Of a stretch of DNA of 64,000 bases, positions 27,186 to 41,067 are shown piece by piece; within the stretch, counting starts at the first letter, position 1; the number at the start of each line of letters is the position of its first letter. Both the position numbers and the translations under genes were made by a program. The DNA lies in contig OX597818.1 in assembly GCA_951406725.2 (NCBI GenBank), positions 15,004,001 to 15,068,000 of the forward strand, given 5' to 3'. Source of the stretch: Octopus vulgaris. Its lineage: Eukaryota. The notes beneath the pieces are model-generated. The model was not told the origin of the DNA and searched no databases. It saw only the letters and a program-made list of their open reading frames with translations.

Positions 27186-27600
27186 TGTTCATAATGGCCC
27201 TCTCAGACATGCCCTCAGCCACGCAGAGAGCCACGATCACAAGTTATGCAGATGATACAAAAGTTTCACAAGCAATACAGAACCCTGAAGACACTAAACA
27301 CCTGCAATGTGAGCTGGACAAAATATACAAGTGGGCTGAAAAGAATAGCATGCAGTTCAATGCTGAAAAGTTTCAAGCTTTATGCTATCAGCATGCAAAA
27401 CTAAATGCAATACCCAATGAATACACTGGACCCGGAGGGATTGCAATCCCAGAGGCACAATCAGTGCGTGGCCTGGGTATTTACATAAGTGATGACGCAA
27501 CATTTCATGTACATGTTGCTAAATTGGCAATGAAATGTAGACGACTGGCCGGATGGATTCTTAGAACCTTTAGAACAAGAGAACAAGAAACCATGATAAA
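27186..27600 (+). mobile_element. CR1/L2-group LINE RT fragment
   Basis: SYADDTKV...LQCELDKIYKWAEKNSMQFNAEKFQAL; related fragment at 28170-28465. Confidence 0.85.
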
Positions 27601-28169
27601 CAATTTAATTTGGATTGGTTGATTCTCTCCATTTCGTTCCCTTATGATAAAAGCAAGGAATTTTGCCATCTCTAATTTTTTATTCTTTTTTTCTAAAACT
27701 CTCCTTGCAAACACGGTTATAGAACGTGCTTATCGATGTAAACATTGGCAGAAACATTCCTTAGTTCATATAAGTGATATCTACCATTAAATATAATTTA
27801 AACATTGATTTTCTTCTTACATTTCACTTCCACTAGATATATATTGTTTCCAAGACTTTAGGCTTTTATTTAATTCACATATTCTATATTTCTCATTTAT
27901 TTGATTTCTGATTTTTTCTTTCTTTTACCTCTTCTCTTTCTATAGGCTGCCTTTGACGTTATGACCTCTAACGTTTTTTAAATAAACTTAATAGCGTTCA
28001 GTTCATCACTATACATATCCATCATATTCTGTTAAAATGTCTTATTGACGAGTTTTATTTCTTCATTTCTCTAAAGAGAAGATTACATTGTTTTACACCA
28101 CACCATTTTATTTTTGAATAGTACCAATGATGTCTTCGAAACATGAGTCAGAAGTAAAAGAATTTGAAT

Positions 28170-28465
28170 AACAATCCCAGAAGCTAAATCAGTGCGGGAC
28201 CTGGGTATCGACATGAGTGATTATAATTCTTTCCAAGTGCACATTACCAAGATGGCATGAAAGTGCAGACGGCTGGCTGGCTGGATTCTGTCCTGAGAAC
28301 CTTCAGACCAAGCGAGAAGGAAACCGTTATGGTCCTTTGGAATACATTCGACCTTAGCCGCCTGGACTACTGCTCCAGCTTTGGTCACTCCATAGTGTAA
28401 AATTAACAGCGGAGCTTCAAGCAACTTAGCGAATATTCACAAAGAAGACCGTCTCATTGCAATAC
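28170..28465 (+). mobile_element. Second fragment of the same CR1-group LINE
   Basis: CAATCCCAGAAGC...TCAGTGCG...GGCTGGATTCT matches 27444-27580. Confidence 0.75.
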
Positions 28466-29359
28466 AGATAACGACAAATATATACATTTAGATTGACTAC
28501 TGTCAGATCGGTGATGTTTGTTGAGTACTCTGCTTTCATTATTTGGTTGCTGTTATACAGTTGTAACTCGGGCAAATACGAACGAACCTTGTAAGGTGCA
28601 AAGACTGACATTTCTTGTCAAGGGTACAGGCGTCAGTCAGATCGTTGGTGTTTGATGTGCACTCCGCTTTCCTTATTCGATTGCTGTTATTCTGTGCATG
28701 TGTAAAGACCAGCTGTGTTTTGCATGGATGCCGTATTTTTACCCTTAACTTAGAAGTGGAGAAAGGCATAGTGCTAGATATAAAATATAAGCCATTTGGA
28801 GCTAGAAATATTGCGGTAAAACGTGAAGCATTCTTTCGTTAGAAGCAGCAACATTGCTTACTGTTAAATTATCCGTGTGGTAGCATTGCGTTTCTTACCT
28901 TCTTTTATACATGTGTCCTACGCGAAATCTCTGATGAGCCCGAGTGACATTGATGACCTGGAGTCGCCTCTGATTATATATATATACTTTCTATATATGC
29001 AAGCCAAAAGGTAAGCTTCAATGATTTTACTCGCCATGCTAGAAATAGGAGCCAAATAGTCTTCAAATTGTTTCCTGCTGCCTTAAAATGTTACTAAAAC
29101 ATATGAAGTATACACTGAATAATATATTCCTCACCTATATAAAAAAGACAGGAATATTACACCCGGATAATTTTCATAGGCTTGCTTATAAGAGTTGACA
29201 TGGGCTTAAACAACTTGTTTCTTTTTCTCTTGTCTAGCTATACTTCTATCTATGTATCCTGTTCTCTACTTCCTTCTCTGACTAAAATATCTTCTTGACT
29301 GATGGTTTTCATCATTTCTTTCTCTCGCATTCACACGCCCCCGTTTTACTCATGCAATA

Positions 29360-29862
29360 CAGTGATCCCTCGCTACTTCGCGTTTCAACTATCGCAGATT
29401 CACGACTTCGCTGATTTTAAAAATATATATATATATGAACGCCTAAAAATTTTCATTAAATCCTTTAAAATATTGATAATAAATATTATTTCCTAGTCTA
29501 GGAACAACAAAACAAGAGTAACATAACAAAAAAAGAAAGAGCATATACTAGGGTATTTGAACTTAAGACTGGCTGTGATTGGTGCAATGGAGAGAGACGA
29601 CGAATCACAGCTTTCTATTTTGTAATCTGGCCTGTGTAACAGTAAGAATATTTAAAAAAAACCTAAAGTGTTATTGCTTAACAGTTGTCCTTGTTATTAA
29701 TAGACTACTATAATGGGTGGGTTGTTAACAGTACTGAGAGGGTTTTAAAAGTCCAAATACACGTTAAATAAATACTGTAAATATGGTGTCGCTACTTCGC
29801 GGAAATTTAGTTATCACAGCCTGTCTCGGAACCATTCTACCGCGATAAACGAGGGATCACTG
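29360..29862. mobile_element. Tc1/mariner (pogo/Tigger-type) MITE
   Basis: TIR CAGTGATCCCTCG / CGAGGGATCACTG, TA on both sides. Confidence 0.9.
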
Positions 29863-30595
29863 TATGTTGAAAAATACTATGGACAGGGAATCATTGACTC
29901 TGTCTACATAATACGTCCACTTGTTCTGGACATGTGCTGTATTGTCACACCAAGACTACAGTTAGTTTAATCATTCACTAACAAGAACGTAGTCGAGAGT
30001 AATCTTCTTTTCTTCCTCAGTCACATCTGCTTGACTACGTCATTCATCTCTCACACGACAGTCTCCACACTTCTCAATACTCGTTATGCAAATACAAGCA
30101 CAGACATGCATGTCGTACGCACGCACACACACACATATGCAAGCGTGCATGCACATAATCACACACATAATTATTTTATCCTGCTACTTTCAGTCACTGG
30201 GCTGATGCAGTCATGCCAGAGTACAACTTAAAAGAGCTTTAGTCAATCATATCGAGCGCAGCACTTATTTCACTCTGATAGATATATTATCGACGGAGAT
30301 TCATCGAATCGCTATGTTCCGTATTGTTTTCTCTGATATACAACACTAATCTAATGCTGATAAATAAACAAGAACACACACGTACATACACACATACACA
30401 CACAATATTCATACGTGCGTGTACATGCACATGAATATATTTTCTATTTCTTTACTTACTCTCGCAATTCATTTTATTTTTCTCTTTGCCACTACACATT
30501 CTCATTCTTCTTTTGTCCACTCTCACTGTTCATCTGTCAACTATTGGCGCAATCTTGCGATCCGCCTTAATGGTCTATTTATTTAAACCATATTA

Positions 30596-30971
30596 TCTCT
30601 CTCTATATAAACGGCAGTTTGTCTGTGCGTGTTTCTGTGTGTCTGTTTGCTTGTACCCTCACCCTGACCACGGCTTTCAACCGATTCTGATGAAACTTGA
30701 CACACACATAGCCCAATGTCATAATTCAAAACTAACGCAGCGAAAATTTTGAAAAGTTCCCCCAGTTCTGAAAAAAATCGATAAATTCGACATGGGGTCG
30801 AGAATTAGAAAGACAAACCACAAACTGTCTAGGGGACGCAACTCCACCTTTTTTTACTCTCAAAAAAATTTTTTTTTCCCATTTTTTTGCTATTTTTTGG
30901 CTATAACTCTCTAAAAATGCTTTATAGTTATTTCCCTTACAAACCTGAGCAACGCCGGGCGATACTGCTAG
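30596..30971 (+). mobile_element. Non-autonomous Helitron
   Basis: A|TC...CTAG|T with the same 3' end (AAACCTGAGCAACGCCGGGYGATACTGCTAG) as 3514-3905. Confidence 0.8.
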
Positions 30972-31204
30972 TACAAGAATAAAAACACACAGGATCAACC
31001 ACATATGCAAAACTTAATACACACACTCTCTGTTTCACACACACGCACCACTCCACACTAAACAATGGATTGATTTTGCCCATTATCTAAAAATATTTGT
31101 GTTTTTTAATCAACAAATGCATTTTGTCTAATCTTCATATATGAGTGTGTGTGTGTGTGTGTGTGTGTACATAAATTTATACATATATATATATATACAC
31201 ATAT

Positions 31205-31256
<52 letters not shown>

Positions 31257-31261
31257 ATACA

Positions 31262-31312
<51 letters not shown>

Positions 31313-31355
31313 ATATATATATATATATGTGTGTGTATATACATACACAAATAGA

Positions 31356-31490
31356 GTTAATCCAAACATGAAGAAAGAGAAAACACAACGCTAGGACGTG
31401 GAACAAGTATAGTGTTATTGGACGCCTAGGAAAGGAAGGAAAGAAGAAGGATTTTAACGTTTCGAGCGGACCTTTTCGTCAGAAACATAA
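31356..31490 (-). mobile_element. Short pLTR-like element with hammerhead core
   Basis: Minus strand CTGACGAAAAGGTCCGCTCGAAACGTTA; homologous to 11907-12111. Confidence 0.7.
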
Positions 31491-31620
31491 AATACATATA
31501 TACATATAGATATACATACATATACATATATATACATACATATATACATATACATGCACATATGTATACTTACATATACATACATGCATACACATATATA
31601 TACATACATACATATAAATA

Positions 31621-31653
<33 letters not shown>

Positions 31654-31671
31654 ATATATATGTATGCATAT

Positions 31672-32211
31672 ATTATATAAAATCTGTTCTGGCCGTGTGT
31701 GCGTGTGTCTCTTCTAGGATCTCGGGCATCCTCCATCCGATTGCGCTCAAATTTGATATGTAGACGGTATTAGGGCGTGTATAAGTCTTAAAAAAATTAC
31801 AAAAATCGATTCCAGGTGAGAATGCGATCAACAAAGCCGTGGAACGTGCATTTGTACGCGCAAGTATATCAACTGTTGGGATCGATACTACGCTTACGCG
31901 AGAAAAATGCACGTACAGTTTGCGCAAACAAAGCCGGCTGGCTTGAAATAATGCCAGAAAGTGCAGTATATTTAAGAGACCCAAAAAAGTAAGATGCAAA
32001 AGAGATATTTTCTTCAAACTTGGCATGAAGGAAGGAAAGACAATTTGGTTTCTTAAGTTCTTTTTTTGCCTTAACTTCATTTATCAAAACCAAAATTTTT
32101 ATTGAAATAAATGCATGCTTAATTATTTTTAATGAAACGAAAACACTGATTGCTTTTTATTCAGCAGATATGAATCAGCACCGTCCATTGGACGGGGTGT
32201 GCATTTTGTTC

Positions 32212-32213
<2 letters not shown>
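31672..32213 (+). mobile_element. Probable non-autonomous Helitron/Helentron
   Basis: TATATAAAATC...GTGTGCGTGTGTC 5' end, CCGATTGCGCTCAAATTTG motif, 3' hairpin CCGTCC-ATT-GGACGG. Confidence 0.55.
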
Positions 32214-32289
<76 letters not shown>

Positions 32290-32551
32290 TTTGGATATGA
32301 TAGGCGAGTTCAACAAAAATTTAGATTCAGATGAATATGGTACTTAAGTTGAAGCACCAGAATTTAGTACGGTATTATCCATACAATTTCAAAGTAAGAT
32401 GATTAAAATCAAAATAAGCCACAAGGATATCCAGACGTAATGCAGTACGATCGTTTGATGCAACTCCATTTAATTGAACAATGTAATCATTACATCAATT
32501 TAAAATGCAGAGCAAACCTCAGCTGCACAAAGACATAGAATTTAATTAAAT

Positions 32552-32793
32552 TAGAACCGATGGACACATTAGTATAATTATACCTAAAATCTCCAAGAAG
32601 TTAAGGAAATAGACAAAGAACATGATGAAGTTTATGTACACACACACACACACACACACACACGCTCATATATAGAACCGATGGACACATTAGTATAATT
32701 ATACCTAAAATCTCCAAGAAGTTAAGGAAATAGACAAAGAACATGATGAAGTTTATGTACACACACACACACACACACACACACGCTCATATA
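32552..32793. repeat. 121-bp tandem duplication (2 apparently identical copies)
   Basis: TAGAACCGATGGAC...(CA)n GCTCATATA starts at 32552 and 32673. Confidence 0.92.
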
Positions 32794-32929
32794 TGAAGAT
32801 GAGAATAATTGACAAAATTCTTTTGTTGATTGAAAAACGCAAACATTGTTACATAATGGACAAAATCAATATATAAATTGTCATTTCAATTACGCAAAAA
32901 TGATAATAACACTGACAACACATTTTAAC

Positions 32930-34152
32930 AGATAAATTTGTCAAAATTACATAAAAATATCTTGAAATACTAAAGAATAAATTTATTCAATAAAATCGCC
33001 ATTGACTTCGATTACGGCCTCCAGATGACTTCGGAATCTTCCGCAACTCTCCTGGACTGTCTCCTTGTTTAAGCTGGTGAATGCTGCCATAATCCCCGCC
33101 TTCGGTTCGGTTCATCTTTGCTGTTATAAGGCGTTTTGTTGGTCTCTCGCTCGACTGCGCCCCACACATAATCAAGAGGGTAGCAGTCTGTGGAGTTAGG
33201 TAGCCAGATGTTATGTGTGATGTGGTCACAGAAATTGTCAGACGGTTATAATTGGGTTCTCCTGCTAGTGTGGCATGGTGCAGAGTCCTGACGCCAAACA
33301 TAGGGTCTTTCAGCAGCCACCCTCTTGACCCAGGGCAGCACTACTTCATCCAGGCACTTGTTGAGTCTGAGGCCATGTGGGAAGATGAATGGAGGCATAA
33401 CGTCGCCATCACTAGTAATCATTCCAAATACCATGATGTTGACTGGATGTTTGATTTTTATCACTCTCGATACATGTTTTGGGGATACGGCAAGTCAAAG
33501 GTTGTTCTGTGTGTTGACCATCTGACCCATGTAGAAATTTTTCATGTCTGAGAAAAACCAAAGTATGCTCGGTTGGAGGGGATGCTTGAGTTTGTTTAAA
33601 AGCTTCGTGGCGCGGTCTTTCATCTTGTCCTTGATGGCTTGGGGTAAAAATTGGCCCTTTCTCATCTTGTACGAGCAATAACGAATGTCTTCATGCACTA
33701 CCTGACTGATTAGAAACTCAGACACTCCCATGTCCCTGGTGATAGACTTGATTCACTTGGAGGGATCGTTGTCAATCTTGACCTGGATCTCACTAAAAGA
33801 TTCCGCAGTTCTCTGCTTATCAGAACGATCAGTGTGAGTTTTCCGAGCTACTGTACCTCTGTAATAACTATGATAGACTCATCCAACTCTTTCCGAATCC
33901 TCTGCACTCTCCTCAGATTGACACCTGTACACTCTGAAATGTTCGTATTGGAGTTTCCGACACGAATGCGAAGCAGTACGGCATTTCATTTCTAAATTTC
34001 TAGCAGAGTGGATTGTTTCATGGTGTTGTTTTTCTCACAGACGGTACCCAACTGACCTTATTATAGTGTGTCGTAGACAAAACCAAAAACAATCGATGCG
34101 CATGCGGGGAATTAAAAATATAAAATAGCGACAATTTACCCATTGCCCCCTG
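32930..34152 (-). mobile_element. Tc1/mariner-superfamily (maT-like) transposon remnant
   Basis: WFFSD, MVFGMITSDGDVMPPFIF, WRQDSAPCHTSRRTQ; right end ...CCCCCTG|TA. Confidence 0.8.
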
Positions 34153-34840
34153 TATATATATGTGTGTGTGTGTTCAAATTTACAGGAAAGACGAAGACAG
34201 GTGAAGGAACAAGAAGGTACACTAATTTAACGTTCGAGAAGAATAATAATGTATTCCTAGTTATATAAATATTCTTACAGACAAGAACTGTAGGTCATAG
34301 CAAGAACGCTTTTGATAATAGGCCTATGCATTTGAAGCCGACCTAGGTTTCAACACCAACAGCAACAACAACAATAATGATAATGTGTTTACACAAACCT
34401 TCAAATACATGCAAACCTACTTAACAAAACAGGCATCAACCGATATTGCTTAGCTAAATGCCAGTAAACTCATCTACCATAAGCAAACGTGTAGATTGGC
34501 ATAACTCATCTAGTAGACACTTCCATTTATCAACCGGCTTATTCACTGGTCTTCTTTCTTGCATTTGTGTACTGAACGGCATTTCAGCAGTTAAACTTCT
34601 TAGCAGGTGTTGTGTAGGAAAGAGAGAGAAAGAGAACAGCTTAGTCAGAGAAGAGAACAGTTTAGTCAGAGAAAGAAGAACAATGAGATCATGACCTATT
34701 TCATAGTCGTACCGACTAGTAAGAGGAAAATTGAAAGATATCTTCAGACGGGAAAGTTTAAACGCTTGCAAATCTATCACTTAACAACAGGAAAGGCTTC
34801 TTTGAAGGTTCCGCTTACAAAAATTTCACTAAAAAACTTT

Positions 34841-35262
34841 GGATCTTTTCGGTTTGAACGGCAGTTTTTTTCTAGCGGTGTCATGTGAAATTGTCACCCA
34901 TAATTATGACCTTAGTATCGATCTATTGCATTTCAATCTCTTTTAGGGTTAGGGTTAGGTTTGAGGTGGGGGAAGGGTATCTTTTTTTTCTTCACAAATG
35001 TAAATAAACCCAATCAGTTTCTTAAACGAGGGACATATTCATACGGCACAGAAAGTTTTTTTTTACCTCAATAGACGTATTTGATTGGTTGAAATTGCAG
35101 AAATTGAAGAAAAACAACAACAAATATCTTACAAACTATAGAATTTTCTCAATAAAGCCAAGAGAAAAATATGTTTTATAAACACATTCTACCAGTATAC
35201 GAAGTTTAAAATATTTTAGTTACCTAGAAATTATGTTAAAAACTGCCGTTCAAACCGAAAAG
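34841..35262. mobile_element. MITE with ~25-bp TIRs and internal TTAGGG repeats
   Basis: CTTTTCGGTTTGAACGGCAGTTTTT / AAAAACTGCCGTTCAAACCGAAAAG; TTAGGGTTAGGGTTAGG at ~34943. Confidence 0.8.
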
Positions 35263-35724
35263 GGGACGATCGGATTGCCCAAAAGAAAAGGCAGGAGTTG
35301 TTTGACGAGAATGATGTAACCATCATCCGTCTTACTGAAGCCAAACTTAGGATGCACCTCGCATTCGAGAACCATGCCACTGCAGAGAACAAACGAAAAC
35401 ACCAACAAGCGCCAGGGGAATGCCACCGAGTAATTAGAGAAGCTCAGGACATCTAATGGGAGAGGAAAGCAGAAGAGATGAAAAAATATGCGGAACACCT
35501 GTAGTTACTCGGTGTTGTTTCTGATATCGTTTTTCGTAAAGTAGTAAGGTGCACGGAGCTACTTTGCGTCGCCTGCCGCGATATGGGTTCTTCCGGTATC
35601 TCAGATAGAAACCAGTCCAGACCCCCCTTGCATATATATATATAATAATATATGTATATATGAATATATATATATGTATATATATAATTATATATATATA
35701 TATGTATATATGATTATATATATG

Positions 35725-35799
<75 letters not shown>

Positions 35800-35849
35800 A
35801 AATATTGAGTTTCTAAATCTCTTGTAGAGAGGTGTACGGTGGTGGAGCG

Positions 35850-36013
35850 ATATAATGGTTGTATACTGTCAATCTAACAAGAACGTGACAGTAGGGGTAC
35901 ACCACCGTTATATAGCCCTAGGAGGCATCGAACGCGTTCGATGTCTCCTAGGGCTATATAACGGTGGTGTACCCCCTACTGTCACGTTCTTGTTAGATTG
36001 ACAGTATACAACC

Positions 36014-36020
<7 letters not shown>
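35850..36020. repeat. ~170-bp loopless palindrome
   Basis: 85-bp arms, centre CGAACGCGTTCG, one mismatch and one indel; abuts (TA)n. Confidence 0.95.
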
Positions 36021-36088
<68 letters not shown>

Positions 36089-36511
36089 TGTAAAAATTGA
36101 AGTTCGAAAATGCTGCTATAATATAGCTGGGGAGGAACATATCAATACATAATATATATATATACGCGTGTGTGCGTGTGTGATAATATTTTCAGTATTA
36201 ATAGTGACAGTATTAAACTGAAAGTATCATCTCACATTACAATTGAGATGTTATTGTTGCACTTTTGACACGTGACACTGAAATAGTGTAAGAGATGAGA
36301 GATTGCTCCGGGCTTGCATAATCAAGAAACTGAATAAATTGTTTTGGCTCATTACTCTGCATGGACGCTAATCAGGGCATGTGCAAATTTGAATGAAATC
36401 GGTTGGGTAGTTCTCGAGTTTTAGTAATGCACACATTAAGACAGGCAGTCACACACCTTCTTATATATGTGTGTGTGTTTATGTGTGTATATATATATAT
36501 ATCTATCTATA

Positions 36512-36543
<32 letters not shown>

Positions 36544-36581
36544 CACATATACATATATGTATATATATGTATGTATATATA

Positions 36582-36638
<57 letters not shown>

Positions 36639-37197
36639 TACATACATACATACAGACCATAAATGCACACACATATCTATCTATATTGGTAAAAGGCTTC
36701 AAATCAAGGGATATGATTATTAAAGTGTGTGCGTGTGTCTGTGTCTGTGTGTCTGTCTATCTGTCTGTCTGTCTTTTTTGAAGGTTTTCCCTTACATACA
36801 TAAGTGCACCGGAATTAGATAAAGAAGAACTGTAAAACAATAATGATACTAGAATATATTATTGCAGTAAAAGTATCAATACAACTGTCCTGTTAACTAC
36901 AGCAACGACAGTAGTAACGTATTAATGAGGGCTAACTCCATTGTGTACTGTAATACTTCAAACCCTTAAAGGACTGGATGGTCATGAATCGAGTGCTTTC
37001 TTAGATCATAGAATCTCTCAATGAGTTCAGACTTGGGGTTTGAACAACAGTAATACATATCAACAATAAACAACAACAGTAACTACTTAATATCAGCGTT
37101 AATAAACCACAGTGCCTCTACGTAGTTATTAACCCGCTAGAAATAGAAGTCAGATCTATAAAAGTAAAAGCAAAATTTATTGAAATAGAAATCAGAT

Positions 37198-37450
37198 CAG
37201 TGGTTCTCGACAATTTTTTACCTATGGACTCCTTTAATTCTGGTGGGGATAGGGGAACCCACCAAAGCCATTCAATATCTAAAAGCTCCTATTATATTTT
37301 TATGATTAAATATTATTAGGAATTATATAAAAAATGTTTAAATATGCTGTGTATTATAGAAATATAACCGACTCATTACACAAAATATTAACAACAAAAT
37401 ATTTTATGTATCCCGTAGGACCATACGGACCCCAGTTGAGAACCCCACTG
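37198..37450. mobile_element. hAT-type MITE (decayed)
   Basis: Ends CAGTGGTTCTC / GAGAACCCCACTG; 8-bp TSD only partly retained. Confidence 0.6.
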
Positions 37451-37639
37451 CGTTAGATGAAGCATATTAGATATTATATGTGTGATGTTCGGATGGAATG
37501 GTGAACTTTAATGAAAAATTTGCTCGATCAGAGGCAGCCAGAAGCTGCGCAAAAACTACTTTAACGGCAAACATGAATGAAAATAATAGATATTTCGGTA
37601 ACAGGTATCCGACAGAATATGTACCAGACTTTAAAAAAA

Positions 37640-37750
37640 TAAATAAAAGGTACTGGGATCGATTTGTTCGACTAAACCCTGCAAGGTGGTGTGCCCCAGC
37701 ATGGCCGCAGTCCAGTTACTGAGACACATAACAAAATAAAAGATAAAATA
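37640..37750 (+). mobile_element. 3' fragment of SINE family A with stem-loop tail
   Basis: GGTACTGGGATCGATTTGTTCGACTAAA...GTGCCCCAGCATGGCCGCAGTC. Confidence 0.75.
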
Positions 37751-37884
37751 GCAACAAAACATAATAAACATACCATTTGCAGAACTTTTTTCCCCCGTCG
37801 CTATTGTCATCATGCCTCACTAATTGTAATGTCATTCATACATTCATTTGTATATAAATAATACGCCTTTACATATACACTATA

Positions 37885-37969
<85 letters not shown>

Positions 37970-38081
37970 ATAGTATACGTGCATAAGTTTACGTGCACAT
38001 ATATACACACACAGTATTCCCATAGTTGACAGCAACACCAGCAGCAGTATAACAATGCAAATAGCAGAATCAGCAGCAGCA

Positions 38082-38131
<50 letters not shown>

Positions 38132-38138
38132 AGTGGTG

Positions 38139-38205
<67 letters not shown>

Positions 38206-38228
38206 TAGTAGTAGTGGTAGTAGTAGTG

Positions 38229-38275
<47 letters not shown>

Positions 38276-38362
38276 CTATACAAGTATTTACTTATTTCTT
38301 TTGTAGTTGCCACTGAAGCGAATGATGTTTTAACGATATACCCAATAGTAAACGTTGTACAC

Positions 38363-38395
<33 letters not shown>

Positions 38396-38559
38396 CACAC
38401 ACACACGCACATATATATATATATACATATATTTATATATATATATATACACATACATACATACTCGCCCTACCTCACACGCCTACACACAGACGCACAC
38501 ACTAACACATACATATATTTTTTGTTTTTTTACCTCGCCTCTATATGTATGTATGTATG

Positions 38560-38595
<36 letters not shown>

Positions 38596-39098
38596 AATAT
38601 ATATACAAATAGCATATGTATATAAATGTGTGTGTGTGTGTGTGGTAGGTTCATTTTCTTTTTGTGCCTTGTAATTTAACGCACTCACCGGTAAAATTTC
38701 CTCTTGTTTCTTGTTTTCCTAAAATTTTCGTTGCGTCTTGCAAGTTTTTCAATAGTTTTGACTCTGTCCATTAGTTACACTACGTTCCTTTTTGTTTGTG
38801 CGCATGTGTGTAGGTCAATGTGTGTGTGTGTGTGTGTGTACCTATGCATGCATGCATGTATGTATGTATGTATGTATGTATGTATGTATGTATGTATGTA
38901 TGTATGTATGTATGTATGTATGTGTGTGCATGTATATATGTGTGTGTATGCATATATATGTATGTATGTGTGTGCATCTGTATGTATTCTGCATATTCAT
39001 GAGTTTGCGTGTCCGGTGTTTGTGTGTGTTTTATGTATGTGTGTGTGTGTGCATGTTTGTATATGTATGCACCACTGTCTCCTTGTGTGTGCGTGTCT

Positions 39099-39134
<36 letters not shown>

Positions 39135-39180
39135 ATGTTTGTATATGTATGCACCACTGTCTCCTTGTGTGTGCGTGTCT

Positions 39181-39219
<39 letters not shown>

Positions 39220-39309
39220 GCAAATATGTACCGTGTTCGTATGTATGGATGTGCATCTCCATATGTGCGGACACGTGTCTCCATATGTGTCGTTGTGTGA
39301 ATATATGGT

Positions 39310-39356
<47 letters not shown>

Positions 39357-39540
39357 GTGTATGGTCATTTGTGTCAGTCTCCATCTGCGTATGTGTGCTT
39401 GTCTGTTCATATAACCTATGTACCTATCCGTCTGTATGTTGATCTGTCTATTTTCATATCTATATTCTTACATACATGTGCATACACACACTCACATATA
39501 CATACACCCCACACACACATACATACATATGTCTACATAA
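37885..39540. repeat. Compound microsatellites (TATC)n, (GTA)n, (TATG)n, (GT)n with an ~82-bp internal duplication near 39040-39215
   Basis: Directly visible. Confidence 0.9.
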
Positions 39541-39639
39541 CAGCCCACTAACTATTCTACTCTACCTGTGTAAACTGTAGGTATGGGGCTATAATATCTA
39601 CTATGTATATTTCCTATTTAGTATTGAGGAAGTTTCAGT

Positions 39640-40105
39640 TATAAGTGCGTACTCTCGTATTTCTCTGAGTGTTGTGTTTTTTGTGTGCTCGGATAAGATG
39701 CGGATGTCAAGTTGACCCAGGTTGCCTCCATGTTCGTCTTTGGCATATTGGCAGAGTTTGGAGGACTATTTTTTTTTTTGTCGTCATATTGTCTCAGATG
39801 TTCATTTAGTCGTTCCGCAATGCTCCTAGATGTTTCCCATATGTATGTCATGTTCATGTCTTTACAAGCACCTTCTATGCATCTTATGCTGTAAACTACA
39901 TTTCTAGTTCTACAGTTAATGCCAGGGCTAATCCTACATACCATGCAGTTATAATTGGTGCATATAGTATTCTCAAAAGAAATCATTCTCTAAGATGAAT
40001 TTGAGTCCTTCTAAAATAAATTCCTTTTTGATGCGGTGTGGGAGTTCGTTGGAGTAATTATCCAGCCAGAATTGGATAGCTTCTATTCCTAGGTTGTGGA
40101 ACACT
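39640..40105 (-). mobile_element. Penelope-like element remnant, RT fragment joined to GIY-YIG endonuclease
   Basis: LGIEAIQFWL...FILEGLKFILEN then NVVYSIRC..C...YIWETSRSIAERLNEH. Confidence 0.85.
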
Positions 40106-40516
40106 ACAATCAACAGAAAATTATGATCAATAAGAAATTTTAGGCGCGACACTAGCCAAATTTTAACATCTCTGGAGCCTATTTTCTTACCCCAACACCA
40201 ACTTCCATTCAAACATTCACGTGACCCCTTTATAATGACCAATCAAAATTGTATTGACCATTGTCCACAAGAAATTTTAGGCGCGAAATCAAGCAAATCT
40301 TAAACAACTCTGGAGCCTCTTTTTTCACATATAAGAGACAGCAAACCCAACATAAAGTCAGATAAGAGAAAAAAATCTATCAGAAAGGAACTCTATCTCT
40401 CTTTAAAAAATATCTTTTGATAAGCATAACAAATGCGCAACCGGTAAAAAGAACTTTCACCTAATTAAATACACTCTCCCTTACTTAAATTATTTTGTCA
40501 GCATTTTCTTCATTTC

Positions 40517-40552
<36 letters not shown>

Positions 40553-40555
40553 AAA

Positions 40556-40613
<58 letters not shown>

Positions 40614-40639
40614 TATATACATATACATAAAAAATAAAT

Positions 40640-40876
40640 GCGCCCTTTTTAAAGCCTAGCCAGGTTCATGGGCCCAGTTTCCCGGTTTCTATGGCGCATG
40701 TGTTTCCCACTTGGACGGGACGCCAGTCCATCGCAGAGTTACTCATTTTTGGCAGCTGAGTGAACTGGAGCAACGTGAAATGTTTTGCTCAAGAACACAA
40801 CGCGTCGCCCGGTCCAGGAATCGAAACCACAGTCTTACGATCATGATGCTGATACCCTAACCACTAAGCCACGCGA
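40640..40876 (-). mobile_element. SINE family C (tRNA head, CORE-like body)
   Basis: Minus strand GCGTGGCTTAGTGGTTAGGG A box, GGTTTCGATTCC B box, GTGTTCTTGAGCAAAAC. Confidence 0.85.
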
Positions 40877-41005
40877 CTCTACACACATATATACATACAT
40901 ATATATACATACTTACATTCATACATTTATATATACATATATATACATACATATACAGGCATATATATGCATACATACATATATATACATATGCATACAT
41001 ACATA

Positions 41006-41064
<59 letters not shown>

Positions 41065-41067
<3 letters not shown>

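Noticed and set aside
28890-28975. Possible extra minus-strand exon ending at AG|GTAAG (28898)
   Set aside because: No convincing acceptor found; adjoins TA repeats and a CTGATGAG pLTR-like fragment
37948-38454. Poly-Leu/poly-Val ORFs (also poly-Ile at 54204, poly-Asp/His at 57843-58200)
   Set aside because: Trinucleotide microsatellites without coding context
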